DNA of 63,102 nucleotides, counting the filler, from Lenisia limosa (Eukaryota > Protista > Breviatea), in assembly GCA_001655205.1 (NCBI GenBank). It is 8 parts of 8 records of this genome, joined end to end, with 100 filler letters (N's around TTAATTAATTAA, not from the genome) between each part and the next. Parts side by side here need not be neighbours in the genome. Positions count along the whole stretch, not along the records: positions 1 to 30,385 come from LPNZ01008965.1; 7 more parts are not named here. One strand, 5' to 3'. Shown here in pieces: positions 12,699-26,700 of this stretch. The notes under the pieces were generated by a model. That model had not been told where the DNA came from, did not search any database, and saw only the letters and a program-made list of their open reading frames with translations. Each line of letters opens with the position of its first letter. The first letter of the stretch is position 1. A program made the position numbers and the translations under genes.

Positions 12699-14387
12699 CT
12701 ACTCTACCGCAAGTTCAGCACGGGGTATAAGGTTTAAGGTGTCCTCAGCACAGAGTTCGAAAAAGGTACAGAACTCAACAAAACGTTCGCAAAGATGCGT
12801 TTTTCTCTCAAATTGATCGTAGACTTCCTAAGGAGGAGGGAAGAGGGGGTAAAAATGGAAAACTTATGAAACAAATGAAGGAAACTAGGAGAGACATAGG
12901 AAGAATCGCAACTCAGGAAAACAACTCAAATCCCTACTCTATGATGTGCAAAAACATGGGCAAACGCCCTGTACAGTCGTCTGGTTAATGACGCAAAGTA
13001 TTTATTACTATTTGCACTCAGGCTCAGTCTGAATTGTGATAAGCAATGGAGCATCACCAGAATGGGAGTGGCAAGAAGATAAAGGGGTAAGGTAATACGT
13101 TCACTATCAACCTCATTGACCCGATAATCGTTGCCCATTTAAAGAAGCTAATAGAACAGCAGTAGATCCTTCTTCTAACCTTGAAGGGAAGTGTTTGTTT
13201 GAATTGAGGAGGGCAGACGTGGCTTCGAGTGTGTGGATCATATAGTCCATGGCAGGGCACTAATAGTCACTCCAGCCATCAAACATCATAAATCATACTG
13301 GCAAACATCATACAAAATCTAATTGGCAAACTTCAGAACACATTTGAATAAAGGATAAAGAATGGGAGGGGGGGGAGAGAGAGAGAGAGAGAGAGAGAAA
13401 TTTTAAATAACACCAGGATCCTCAAGTTTTACGAAAAGCTTGAGAATTTGACTCTTTGATGCACTCACTTCAAGAGGTTGCTTATGGGCGGCACATAAGA
13501 AAGTCCACGCATCAGTGACATTCATTGAAGGACTGTGACAATAAAATGCGAATGAAAACGTGTTGATAATAATTACCAAGGACACCAGTAAAACAGCCTT
13601 TATATACAACAATTTTCGGCTTACCATGTTGTGGCAGTACAAACGTCAGTGAGGGCAATAACAAGCTGGTTGAGCTCCAGGGTGAACTGTCTGGAATGTG
13701 ACCAAGGGAATTGGATGCAAAAGGGTTTTGTTTCGAAATAAACGGAGAGTTCAAATTAAAAACACACTATAAGTTTGATTTTAACAATAAAAACATTTAA
13801 CTTAAAATCGTAAAGTAACCCACAATCCCTCGCGACAGATTAACCACTTACCTCAAGTGTTCATACTGCCAAACTTTAATATCTCCTCCTTCAGGAACTT
13901 CTAGCATTTCCTATATACTCAGAAAGGAATCCTTTTTTATTTTTTTAAAAATCAAACCATGCTCATCTTCCCTGTTAAAAGTATCCAAAATTCTTTGGTT
14001 CAGTAGCAATAGAATTGTGCGGCGGAAAAAACTTGAAACAAACAAATAAGACATGTTTACTGTTCATAAAAGTCATCCAACAAAAAAAAAAATCGGGTTG
14101 AACCAACCTGAATGTTTGCTGGGTTGGTCTTGATCATATGTTGGAGAAGCTAGAAACGGGTAAATTGGAAACCCCTCAAAACTGACAGATATACCAATCA
14201 ATATGTCCTAATTACCCACATGTTGAAGGGAGAAGGTGGAAGACCCTTCCTCTGGTTCCCAGTTGTTGAACTCGGCCTGGCAGCAACCCTAGAGGGTTAC
14301 AATATGCTGAAATACATCAAAATATGAATCAAAATATAATAAAACACCGCCAACTGTATGGTTGCGTCTCAATGGTGAGGTAGCCAT
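12699..14387 (-). CDS. MOB4: MOB4/phocein (STRIPAK subunit)
   Basis: [11 protein letters not shown] / [18 protein letters not shown] / [18 protein letters not shown] / [13 protein letters not shown] / [14 protein letters not shown] / [24 protein letters not shown] / [17 protein letters not shown] / [16 protein letters not shown]: colinear with phocein motifs. Confidence 0.93.
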
Positions 14388-14663
14388 TATAAGTTGGAAG
14401 CTAGTTCTCTTCTATTTTCTCTCTATAAATAAACGAACACTAAAATTAATATGGTGAAACTATGAGCAGACAGATGTCTATTTAGTTCCTTCTGGATTTT
14501 TTTTAAAAAATTTCCACCTAAAAGAGAAATGAACTGAACTGCCACTTTTTAAAAAACAATTTCATTTTTTTGTGTGTTACTTTACAGGTGTATTATTCAT
14601 ATACTTAAAATAAATTTGCTGATTTGAGAGAAAGGCTTTTCTGTTTTCTGAGCAGCAGCATTG

Positions 14664-17600
14664 ATGGCAGTAGTCAAGCGGCCACTGTCACCGTCAGAAG
14701 GCGAGTCGTCCGATGATGATGCGAAGCGCGCCAGGGATCTGACAGTATGACTTTGGGCTATTGAAAGCGTTTAGGGTGTTGATAGCATACTCTATTAGAT
14801 AAAAGAGAGGGAGGTGGTATTGTGCTAACTCTACAGGTACATGACACCCTCCAATTCCCGCACCCCGATTACTCAACCCCCCCTGCAGTCGCTGTTATTA
14901 TCCCAGCCCACAACGCGGCAGCACGGGTGGAGGCCACGTGGGCTCGTGATGAGGTCATCGGTATGCTTCTTTTGTGTTTGTAGAACCGAATCTCAGAATA
15001 AGGAAGATTTGGGTACTTGTGTTGTTACTGGAGGAAAGTGAGTTTCAGCAGGACATGTTGAAACCCCAAATTTGTGTGAATATTTGAAGAAATAAACTTG
15101 GAGATGATAAACTAGACCATTTGTCTAATAGAGCATGTACCAGGAGTGTTATTCTTTTAGGGCTCTCCGACTGGAATGGAACCACAGGAAGCGCAGGTAC
15201 GGGGAATAGTTTGATAATAATAAAAAACGAAAAAGCAATAACAGCTTCTGTGAACGCTGTGCGGCAAAATACATTATGTGATCTGTTTCATTTTCTTGAA
15301 ACCACTGATAATCAAAAGGTAGTTGTTTCCTGTGTTATTGAAGCTTTATTGGGTTACCAAAAAGACTATATTTCACGAGAAATCCTCGATAAACGGATTT
15401 TCCCCGTCTTTTTGTAGCTACTTACATTTATATTGATGTCAATCTCCCAGGACGCCATCCTTTGACAGAACCCTCAATGATTGATGAGTGTTTGGCGTCA
15501 GTGGAGTACCAAACTTACACTGGTCACATTGAAGTTGCTATCAACAACGATAGGAGCACTGTTGGCGGTTTATCTGCTTCTTTATTATGTGATATAATTT
15601 GTAAGGCGTAGAATGAAGATTTATAATGCTCTTTAAGTTTTACTCCATATAGGACGAATCCGCCTTGGTCCTGGCGTGGTGGCAAAGAAGGTAGGGTAAC
15701 AAGGTATTATTCTTAGGGGGAGGGGGGGGGGCATTCCACTCATACCTTATTAGGTGGCAAACTAGCAGCAGACTTTCGTTACTAATCCATGAAAATCCCA
15801 TTGGGGCAAGTAAGTGGATGCTTTATTCACATTCACGCTAATATCTCGTCTCATACGCCATTTCAAATTGGTGTTAACCATAACAGAGAGCGGGGGAGCT
15901 GGTTTTGGACGAAACAAGGCAATCTCCATTTCAACTGCGCCAATTCTGTGTTTCTTGGACGCTGATGATGTCATGCTTCCGACAAGGGTTCAGGAACAGG
16001 TTGGTAATAGAGTTACCTCTATTTTGGAAATATTGTGGAGCACATGCGCAAGAAGGTTACTCCTTCCTCTCTTATTCCCCAGGTGGCTATTTTGAAGGAC
16101 AACTTACAGGCCATCGTTGGGTGCAATGTCATAAGGTGTGTGTGTGGGGAGGGGGGGGGGGNNNNNNNNNNNNNNNNNNNNNNNNNNNNNNNNNNNNNNN
16201 NNNNNNNNNNNNNNNNNNNNNNNNNNNNNNNNNNNNNNNNNNNNNNNNNNNNNNNNNNNNNNNNNNNNNNNNNNNNNNCAGCCAGATTTCTATATTCAAT
16301 GTATTAATCTATGGAACATTTAGTGGGGAGGGTGAGGGTCAATAGCAATTCCACTGGTTCACCCTTCAGAGCCCCAATGAATGCCACACCAGTGTATGTG
16401 GATTGGCTGAACTCCCTTCAGACTTCGGCAGACCTCATGGCAGACCGTTTCAGGGAAGTCCCTATCATCCAACCAACTTGGTTGGTGGCGCTTCAGGAAT
16501 AAAGCAGCTTAACACGGCTGCCTCAGCTTCTTTACTCCTTAGGCTAATGTCTCGAAGGACTTTCATGCTGACAGGTGAATACTGGAATGTAGGAGGAGAA
16601 GAAGGGCGATTGTGGAATATGATGAGCCAACGATGGACTCAGTTTCACTTGATAAAATTTTTAAATTTCTTTCTTATAGAATCTTGTTGATCAATTTTTT
16701 TCTGTTTTACTCTTTTAGTCACTCGGCGAAGACCTTGCATGGATTTATAGACACATTGATAACGGTGGAACCCTCTGCAAAACTAGCAAAGTTGGACATT
16801 AACATTGTTTTTGGCTTTTTCAGGAAATACTCTGACCTCGTAGATTCTTCTTGTTTACCGATATATTCCGACATCCCTTTCGTCAAAAAACAACAGGTAT
16901 TGATGATTTCTGTCATACCTAATAGTGTAATCTGAGAGTGCTTTTTCTGGTGCTGCTGATGAGAAAGAAATGTCATTCACATTTGCATTAATTTCTCCTG
17001 CTGTGAATGTGTGCGAATCCCATTGAGCCCGCGTGCATAAGCAGCATACCACATACTTTTGTGTTTGACATACGATAGAACTTTGGCCTCGAAAAGGGCT
17101 TTTGATGATCAGTCTATCGAGGCTCTGATTTCGCATCTTTCAGTTTGTCCATTGTATGCATTAATCGGAACCAAGTAGAACTTTTCTTCATCAGGAATTC
17201 CATACAATTTTCAATTGTGTTGTTTCTAGTGAAACCTTAGTTGTTTCTGAAACACCTAGAGTTGCGAACTAGCCTTTTATAAACCCTGTTCTCAATTAAC
17301 AGGCCCAGGAAAGAGCTATTTCGAATTAAGGCAACCGCTTTTGAGAGACAAGTACTTACTCAGCCATCTTGGGAGAAGTTCTACATTTGGTGGGCGGATG
17401 TAATGCGGGAGGCAAGATAATTTTTTTAAATGATAATTCTTGTTATCCCTTTTTAAATTAACCACAGCCACACAGCATGCCTAACACCTTTAGGGGAAGT
17501 GGTAGAGACGCGAAGGCATTTTACAACTTTCTTGGAAGTTTGCTGGCTTTTTTCTTACTCTTTTCTCGATCTTGGTATTGAATCCTAATTGTTGCAGGTG

Positions 17601-17887
17601 AAACCCAGAAAAGGGTTGCTGGTATGATTGAAATCAGTAAAACGAAACACGGCCATAGGTATCCACTAAGAACTCCAGTGTTTACCATTATTATCAAGCC
17701 AGAAGATGCTGAGGTAGGGTCTGGGGCTTCTATTTTCCTTTCTTCAAGACATCCCCTACTGTTCTTACAAATTCAGAAAGGAGTCCCTTGTGTGGTGTGT
17801 GTGAATCGAGATAGATTTGACGAGCTGTCTTCTAATGTCGACAAATTAGGCCTAAGTATGGGCAATGACCTTTTCTATTTTTGCTAG
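14664..17887 (+). CDS. B3GNTL1: GT2 glycosyltransferase, B3GNTL1/QTGAL (queuosine-tRNA galactosyltransferase)-like
   Basis: AVIIPAHNAA / MIDECLASVEYQTYTGHIEVAINNDRS / GAGFGRNKAISISTAPILCFLDADDVMLPTRVQEQ / AIVGCNVIR / PIIQPTWLMSRRTF / FERQVLTQPSWEKFYIWGSGRDAKAFY / QKRVAGMIE / VPCVVCVNRDRFDELSSNVDKLGLSMGNDLFYFC*. Includes the C-terminal domain characteristic of B3GNTL1. Confidence 0.85.
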
Positions 17888-17954
17888 GTATTTATTTTCT
17901 CATGGTATTATTTAAAGAGCTGATTTCAAGGCAAAAAATGGCTGTTGTCAAAAT

Positions 17955-19610
17955 CTAGAATACATAAGAACGTTTGTTGAAACTTAGGCCTGGTAGGCTG
18001 GGGGAGGCGCACGGCTGAATAGTTAAAACTGCTGTAATGATCGAGAGAAAATGGCTTACAACCAGTTTTCAATGAAAAAGATCATCTCACTGAGTACTCA
18101 CCTGGCGTTAACACGTTGGAGGAGTTCCATCAGATTAATGAACTTCACGTACTCCAAAATGTTGAAAATTTGATGCACCATGCGGTCAGTGGTGTAGAGC
18201 TATGGCCATCAACGAATGTGCCAATGAATGGAAGAAGGAAAATGAAATCATACTAACCTGGACAGAATCGGGTCTGAGAAGGTCGGGGTTGTTGGGGTCT
18301 AAAGGGGTCAGATATCTGAAAATTTGAGATATCTGAAAATTTGAGGGAGGTGGGGATGTAACTCGCTCTCATCAGAGAAACAGAACAATGTGTGATTGAT
18401 GTATTGGGAACATACCAGCAGGGACGAGGGTGGGAACATTGGCAATAGGCTGGCCGGGAGGGGCGTTGGGGTCAGCCTGTATATTAATAACCAAATACAT
18501 CGATTACATTCGCATCTTATCTATGTTAAAGTGCCATTACCTCAGGGGCCTTCTTGACAGTGCGGACAATGCGCTCGATTGTGTTAAGCGGAATAACAAC
18601 CTGCGATGCATTAATGCAACCAAAGACCAGGGAGAGAAGGAAGATCACCATTAACCTACACAAGAAGAGTCCCCAATAGCCAAAATTGGGATTAACAAAT
18701 CAAACATAGATGACCAATTGATGAATCAATAATTTTGAACAAAAAGATAAAACCAGCACCACAAACCTTGAGGTCATCCTTATCTTTGCAATGGAAGCAG
18801 AACGAGCGGTCGGTGATGNNNNNNNNNNNNNNNNNNNNNNNNNNNNNNNNNNNNNNNNNNNNNNNNNNNNNNNNNNNNNNNNNNNNNNNNNNNNNNNNNN
18901 NNNNNNNNNNNNNNNNNNNNCTCCACCAAACTCTGGAAATTATATACTATGTCAATCAAGGATGTTAGACCACCATCACAGCACAAGAATCTTATCCCCT
19001 CCCCACCGGCAAGAATCTTATCAGTTTCTGGGTCAACGTCAAAAATAGTGTAGAACTCAAGAACACGGCCATCCTAAGATGGTCATCACGGATCACATCA
19101 ATGCAATTTTAAGAAAGAAAGAAAAAAAACACCCTCTTCCGGACAACAAATTCTTATTCAAATTCAATGAACAAAAGATAGGACCCTCCACTCTGAAATC
19201 GATTGAGTGCAACTTCATACCTTGTAAAATACCCCCACTAAACACCAACATACAGCTCTCTTTTGGCGGATGGGGCGGGTAGCTGTGCTCACACCTAGTC
19301 GGTGAAATAGGTTCTTGGGAAAGGAAACCTAAAACTCCCACTCCAAGACTTTCATAGCTCCAAACAAATACCAATTTGTACTTTGGGACTCGGTGCTTAC
19401 CTGAGCTGACCATACGGGCTCCGGATTTGACTCCCTTCCCAAACATAGAGAAAACGGATGACGCCGTAGCGGCAACACCTCCAGCCTTTGCCTAAAATGT
19501 TTGAGTTAAAAACAAAACACCTCTAACTCTTCAAAAATGATTCCCCAAACCGGCTGTTGCTGTTCCCCTTCAGCAGGAGCTGCAACTTGTTGTTGAGGTT
19601 GTTCAGACAT
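17955..19610 (-). CDS. GRAM-domain protein
   Basis: MSEQPQQQVAAPAE... / DGRVLEFYTIFDVDPETDKILA / ITDRSFCFHCKDKDDLK / VVIPLNTIERIVRTVKK match the GRAM (PH-like) pattern. Ends NKRSYVF*. Confidence 0.7.
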
Positions 19611-19777
19611 ATTTCCTTTGAATATTTGCTAAATAATTTCTGATAAAAAATTCACTAAATTAAAGCTCGAAAAAAATCAGCAAATTTTCGAAAAGTTTCG
19701 ATAAAAATTGAACTGAACTCTGGTCACCCAATTATTAGTATTTAAGTGAATATGAAAATTTGAAAAATCAACTCAAT

Positions 19778-21054
19778 ATGGCCCGTAGAAAGTCAGGAAA
19801 GAAGGTAGCTGCCCCCGCCGCTAAGGTTGAAGAGCCCAAGACTGAGACTAAGGTCGAAGAAGTTCAGTATGTTGGGTTTTGACGTTATTTATAGCCATGC
19901 CATCAATGACAGAGTTTTACGAATATTGACGCTCATTGGATTCTATCAAATTTTCTCTGATTTTTTGAAGGGAGGCTGCCCCTGTGGAGGAGGTTGCTGT
20001 TGAGGAGAACAAGAAGGTTGAATCTGATGATGATGAGGTTCCCGAACTTGAGGAACAAGAGGCTGAGCCTGTCGCTGAGACTCCCTCTGTGAGCTATGTG
20101 CGATCAATTTGTTTTTTATGGCAAGATTTTGGCGATTAGGTAATTCTTTAGACTGTTGGTGCTCAACCCACTGCCTATGGTAGCAAGAAGACCCGCAAGG
20201 CGATGGCTAAGCTTGGATTTGCTCCCTTTGACACCTGCACACGTATTTCCATGCGTAAGGGACAGCAGGTATGTTCCCCTTGCTACATGTTCTGACCTCT
20301 TTTTTTTTCCCCGGATTTATCCTTTGTTGACAACTGTTCCAGGTTCTCTACATTAAGAACCCTGACATCTACCGTGCTGGCAACACCAACGGCTTTGTCT
20401 TCTTTGGCAAGCTTGAGGTTGAGGTTGGGGAGGGGGTCATTTAATTCATGCTTCAAAGAGGATGACTGTTGACTCTCTAGGACATGAAGGCTAAGTTCCA
20501 GAAGCTCCACGAGGTCCAAAAGATGATGCAGGAGCAAGGAATGCCTGAGATGCCCGCTGACCTTTCCAACCTTGCTGGTGCTGACGGCATGCCCGATATG
20601 GCTGCCATCCAGGACCTTGCCAACAAGATGAAGATTGGTGGAGAGAACGCTGCCGCCCCTGTTCAGGTTGGTGTCTGCCCTTATTGTTCAAACACACGGC
20701 TCAGTTTTTCACCCACCCAGGCTCCCGTCACTGCTTCTGTCACTGAGGCCACTGAGTTCGAGGAGAAGGATATTGAGTTGGTGATGAACCAGGTGGAGTG
20801 CTCACGTGATGCTGCCATTAAGGGCCTTCAGAATAATGACGGGGACGTTGTTAACACCATCATGGATCTTGTAGGCAGTGGTAAGGTGTTTTTTTTTTTG
20901 AAAATTTTGCCTATTTTACTGTTTTTTTTTTGTTTTTTTTTTNNNNNNNNNNNNNNNNNNNNNNNNNNNNNNNNNNNNNNNNNNNNNNNNNNNNNNNNNN
21001 NNNNNNNNNNNNNNNNNNNNNNNNNNNNNNNNNNNNNNNNNNNNNCAGTCCTAG
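19778..21054 (+). CDS. NACA: Nascent polypeptide-associated complex alpha subunit
   Basis: SDDDEVPELEEQ, KKTRKAMAKLG, RISMRKGQQ/VLYIKNPDIYR...FVFFGKLE (NAC domain) and EEKDIELVMNQVECSRDAAIKGLQNNDGDVVNTIMDL (UBA-like). Confidence 0.93.
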
Positions 21055-21270
21055 ATGAGTTATGCTCTTTCTAAATCTATCTTTGTTTCTGAAAAAAAAT
21101 GGTATTGTGATGCATGGTACCTCCCCAAATTGCGACTGTTCCAGCTGGTATGAACCCATATGGGTGCTTTTGCACAATTTATAATTGTTAAAATGGATAT
21201 CGATAATTTGACATACCCCAGTGAAGGATGCGAAATAGTGGTTAATACACAAATAATATACACAAAACAA

Positions 21271-22584
21271 TTACTTTGTACGAAGAATGATATGAACACC
21301 GGAGTCAGTAGAGACGATCTCAGACAGTTCTCCCACCTTCAGGGCAAAACTAGAAGAGTATGAGACTATGGACTGTAAAAATACCCCCTCCCCAATGAAA
21401 AGAATTGGATGGGGTGGGTTGGGACATTTACAACGATATGCGGGCAGCATTATCAGTCTTTGAATAGGGTGCAAAATTGGAAAATTAATGAAAAAAAAGC
21501 CCAAATCAACTCTGCTGGCTGATAAACACACGAGGGTTGATAACAACAAAANNNNNNNNNNNNNNNNNNNNNNNNNNNNNNNNNNNNNNNNNNNNNNNNN
21601 NNNNNNNNNNNNNNNNNNNNNNNNNNNNNNNNNNNNNNNNNNNNNNNNNNNNNTAAGTCGATATACAATTGGTTTTTTTTTGTGAGAGAATAATCTGGGA
21701 AATCTTGAAAAGCGTAAATTTGAATGTGATATATCATTTGTCAATATCGAATTAAAGAATATAACAACCCCCCACGTAGCATCTTCGAAAGGCTTCTGCA
21801 TTTGTCCGCGGCCGAACTGGCCAAGATCTCCGCCACTGCGGGCAGAAGAGCAGTCACTGTTCTCTGATGCCAAGGCTGCAAACTCGACCTCGCCAGAGGC
21901 AATCTTTTGGCGGTGTCCTGTAATATCAAAAAAAAAGTACAGTAATAAACCCAAAAAGTTAATATGTGTATTAGAAGTCGGAATATCACCAATACGTGAG
22001 TTTCATAAGATTAAGAAAAGAAAAAAAAACTGGGTGACTTACCCTCAAGAATGCGGATAGCTTCCTCCTTTGTGCGTGTGATTCTTTCCTAGACAAATGA
22101 CATCAATCGGAGATAGAGACAGCGGTAAACCCTACTAACCTCCTTCCATGATGACGGTCTGCGAGAGTCACGATGCTTGACAAGAAGATGAGATGCCTGA
22201 ACTTTGCCCGTCTCAGCAACTACTGAGTGAGATAAAAAACCTTGTCAAGTTCCAAGGTCAACTCAATTGAAATATTAAAAAAGCAAACAGTACTGGAAAT
22301 GGTTTTTGATAGATCAACTGAACATAATTCCACCACTCACCAGCAGCTTCAGTTGGAGCGTCCCATTGGCTCTCACCAGTGACAGTGTTGAAGTAGTAGG
22401 CTGTTCCTGGTTGAGAACGAGAGGTCTGAAGATAGTAAGAAGGGCTGTTCGAAAATACGCTGTTTATATTTGTTATAAACAACAATAATATTATCTAGAA
22501 CTTGCAAGCGCGGTGCAGCAGTTGCCGTCTCTATCAAAACCGCCAAAATCTAACCTTGGTGATCCAGCCTTGAGGAAGTGCCAT
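21271..22584 (-). CDS. PIN1: Peptidyl-prolyl cis-trans isomerase Pin1/Ess1
   Basis: [34 protein letters not shown] (WW domain), [73 protein letters not shown]. Confidence 0.97.
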
Positions 22585-22785
22585 ATTTATAGTTATATAA
22601 TACAGTACAGTAACACAGTAAATTAACAAAGCTGAATGGCTGATTTTGTTAGATTTAATCAAATTTTTTGTATTACGTAGCCCCAAAATTAAGTAGTTTA
22701 ATATTTTTCAATGGAATCTGTTAAAGACGTGGTTACTATTTTATTACTAAGTATATCATCAGTCGATAGTATAACAGCTTTCAAA

Positions 22786-23739
22786 ATGGTTTCTTCTCCA
22801 GAAGGTAAATCTATTGTTTCACGAAATATTTTTTTTGCTTTAGTGACATTTTTAGCCCCGATTGTTACCCCCGAGAACTGGAATGTTGAAACAGTTGCGG
22901 AATGGCTCTCTACAAACGGACTGTCGTCATACTGCTCTGCCTTTGAAGATAACCATGTCTCGGGACAAGTGCTTCTGACATTAAACAAAGATGATCTGAT
23001 TGAACTGGGAATGACAAGGTTTGTTTGGTACCTTCTTTGTTTTGTTGTTCACCTTAATAGCATTGGTCACCGCAAGATCTTTGAGACGCAGATAAAGACA
23101 CTTTCCAATGATTCACCTATCAATGAGGTCAGTTAGTGAGGCATTTGGGGCTGGGACTTACGACCCAGGGTGGAGATCCTGCCGCAGCAGTCGCAGCGGT
23201 TGACAAGTCGCTTGTGAAGCTAATCATTACTACATTAACAAAGAGTCGGTTGAGAGTTGATTGAGGGAAATCGGTATGGACAGTTACATTGTTTCCACTT
23301 CGTTCTTTGGAGTCCTATTTTATTTTGTTCAGTGTTTTGGCTATTGCTTACATTCACAAAACGATTCATTTCTCTACCCCTCCCTCCCAATATCAACACT
23401 ACTCTTCATTTGGCGAAAAGAAGTCAAGCTAATGCTGCAGACTTGGCTGACCCGCAGGCTATGACAGACATTGACCTTGTCACCCGCCTCGTTGCCTACT
23501 GTGAAACTTGTGGGTCCTTGGTATTATGCAGTTGTAATCACAGGGATAGTGTGATATATTTTTGCCACTCGCAGCACATTCCTTGACTACCTAGACTCCA
23601 CTGCCAAGGCACTCATTGAAGCTGGTGGTGACAGTGTCATTGCGGCCATCGCTGAGTCCGAATCAGAGGAACTACAGGTACAGAGCGACTTGCTCATTTT
23701 AAAGTATATAGATATGATATATATATATATATATTATAT

Positions 23740-23772
<33 letters not shown>

Positions 23773-26700
23773 TTTATTTAAATCCATGTCTTCTGCTGAA
23801 TTATAATCAATTACCTGATAAGGGCGAGAAGATACAACTATATTTCAACAAGTATCGCAGAGTTGACGCTTCAGATCCACGCAGCAGTAGCTTGGTGCAA
23901 TCTCGCGCGGCTTGCAGGTTGGAGGGTCTCTATTTACCTTTGGATTGTCTGTGACATTCTCCGATTGTTCTTCTTCTTCTCAACCTTTCACCCCTTTATC
24001 GTCTTTAAAGTTGTAACAATTGATTCCTCTGCAGATCCCGATTCCATGCTGCCCCTTTTCAGCCAAGTCAACGGAGGCCTTGTGTCTCTGAGGTGGGAAG
24101 TGCCATATAGTATCCCCGCAAGTAACTGTAGCGAGCTGTACTTTGGTTTTGTTTCATACCCTCAGAAACCTTGCACACAGTACAAATGATGACATTGTCA
24201 AAATCGTGGCCTCTTCCATCACATTCCTTTCACACTTCCCAGGTTTGTTGATATGATGGCAATTGTTGGGTTTCTTACTTGATGTTGGACCTGACTCTTT
24301 AGTAATGCACCCTATGATTACTGAAGATTTTGGGTTGAAAATGGTAAGATTGGAGACTTGTTGATTTGCACATGCTTTTGCTAATATTCTCATTAACTGC
24401 AGCTTTGGCCTGTTTTCACAAGCTCCCTTCTGCCAATATTTACATTAATAATTTCCTAGTTTTATTTATGATCCCCTATAGGTGTCGTCATTCATGCACT
24501 CTTCAAGAGACGAGGTGGTCCGAGTTGAGGGTGCCAAGGCGGCAGCTGAACTCATGCTCTTCGGTAGGATGAGGCCATATCTTTCGGCGCTCTTGTACTG
24601 GTGTTAATAGAAACAGGGCTTCCCAGCGCGTCAAAGATAATAGACTTATTGATAGTATTGATATTTGGTCTTTTTGACCACAAAGAAACCCTACTTAACT
24701 TCTCTTTTGGACCCTTGCCTTGACTGTTCCAGAAGCCGGAATGGACGAGCTGATTCAGCCGAAGCCGTTGAGAGCACTCTTTGCCCTCAGCAGATCCGAG
24801 CATATGGAGGCTCAGGTGTGTGCTGCCTTTCGTTGTTGTTAATTTACATAGAATACTCTATTATTTTGTTTTTTGCATATTTTTTTTTTGGAGACGGTTC
24901 AATGCTTTTGTTAACTCATCCTTTAGGTGCATGCAACAAGTGCCCTGGCAGCTGTGTGCTCAAGTATGTGGTGTAACCAAGCATCAATGATAATTATATA
25001 ATATACCCTATGTACTTTTGTAATCATGTGATATTCTTTATCATATGAAGATTGTAAACAGTGATCATTGCTCTCACCCTCAGGCGGTTTTGATTTGCTC
25101 CTCACCCGACTTGGCACTAACTCAGCGGTGGACCTTGCCAACACCTTTTTGGATCTCTCAAAAGTTGGACTGATTGTGCTTGATTACCCATGATGGTTAT
25201 TTAGAGTACAGTGTTACTATACCTTCCTTTCTTGTTTTGGCCCTACGGCTTGTATAATTTCGAAACGTTTGTAACCAACAGGAATCCTCACCCGATGTTC
25301 TGGAGTTCGCAGCGGAGGGACTTGAAGGTCTCATTTGTAACAGTGGGAGAGGGGAGGGTTTGCTAAGACTTCCGGGTAATTTCACCATCACATCGTAATA
25401 TGTGACTGTTATTTGGGTTAAGCGTGCTTCACCATTCCCTCCACAGTTCGGGTTGAGCACACCTTCCTGACAGCCGCCCGTGTTGAGGCTCTCGAGGCTC
25501 TTGTGTCCATCGGGCTGCGATCTAACGACCAGCACGTCCTTGACCAAGTCGCCACCTCTATTGTAGGCTCGCTTCTGAAATTGGGTTTTCTTGTTCAAAA
25601 ATAAAGAACAACACGGAAATTTCAACTCATTACATGAAAACCTGACTCACTGCTCCAGACCCATATTTGCGCCTTAGACCCCAGTATCCAGCGCCACTTT
25701 GTTGAGCTCAGCAGGTTGGTATCTTCTGGCTAATCCATCATTGGAAAGCACTTATACTCCAGCCTTCCCTTCCTTCTCTCCTGCTTTGCCCGAGCCTCCA
25801 ACCCCATCTACCACCACCCTGCCGCTTTCCTTATCGAAAAGTTCTCAACAATCCCCGAAATGCAAGTTTGAGGGTAACAAAAGCTCATCCTTTTGTGTTT
25901 TGCAACTGGAATTTCTTGGGATGTATTCTGTTGTTTTGTGTTCTTCGAACATGTCAACATGTCATCTGACCCCGTAGCACCCTCTTATGAACCTCCAAAT
26001 CGTCCCCGCATTGGCCAGTCTTTCCTACAGTGAACTCCCCGATGTCAGGACACACAGCATTCAGGCCCTCTCAAATCTCATCAGAAGCCGTAAGCTGGCT
26101 AACTATGTTCCTGTTTTTGCCAGTTCAACTTGATGCTCTCTTTTTGTGTCAACAACCAGTATTCTTCATGCGTTTACTGCTCCTACTTTTATGTATTGTT
26201 TCAACCAACCCTCCCCAAGGATTTTTTTTTTTTTTTTACTATCAAAGAGTGAAGCGTGTTCTTGCAGTTATGCAATACATGTACACATGTACACATGTTC
26301 TCATTTTTCTTCCAGCGTTCTGTCACCATGTTATNNNNNNNNNNNNNNNNNNNNNNNNNNNNNNNNNNNNNNNNNNNNNNNNNNNNNNNNNNNNNNNNNN
26401 NNNNNNNNNNNNNNNNNNNNNNNNNNNNNNGGCTTGAGACCGCTTCTTGACAACGCCAACTCTAAAGTGCATTCCATTCAGGTTTGGTCAAGGAAGGAAC
26501 CATCTTTCCACAAGCCCGTTTTTATCATTGGGTTTTTTGATATTCTAACACTACTCTGTTTTCTTGTATTGTATTGTTGGTGCCTTCTTCTCCATGCTCC
26601 CCCCCCCCCCNNNNNNNNNNNNNNNNNNNNNNNNNNNNNNNNNNNNNNNNNNNNNNNNNNNNNNNNNNNNNNNNNNNNNNNNNNNNNNNNNNNNNNAAAT

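Noticed and set aside
13367-13398. Poly-G plus (GA)n tract
   Set aside because: Ordinary intronic microsatellite in MOB4.
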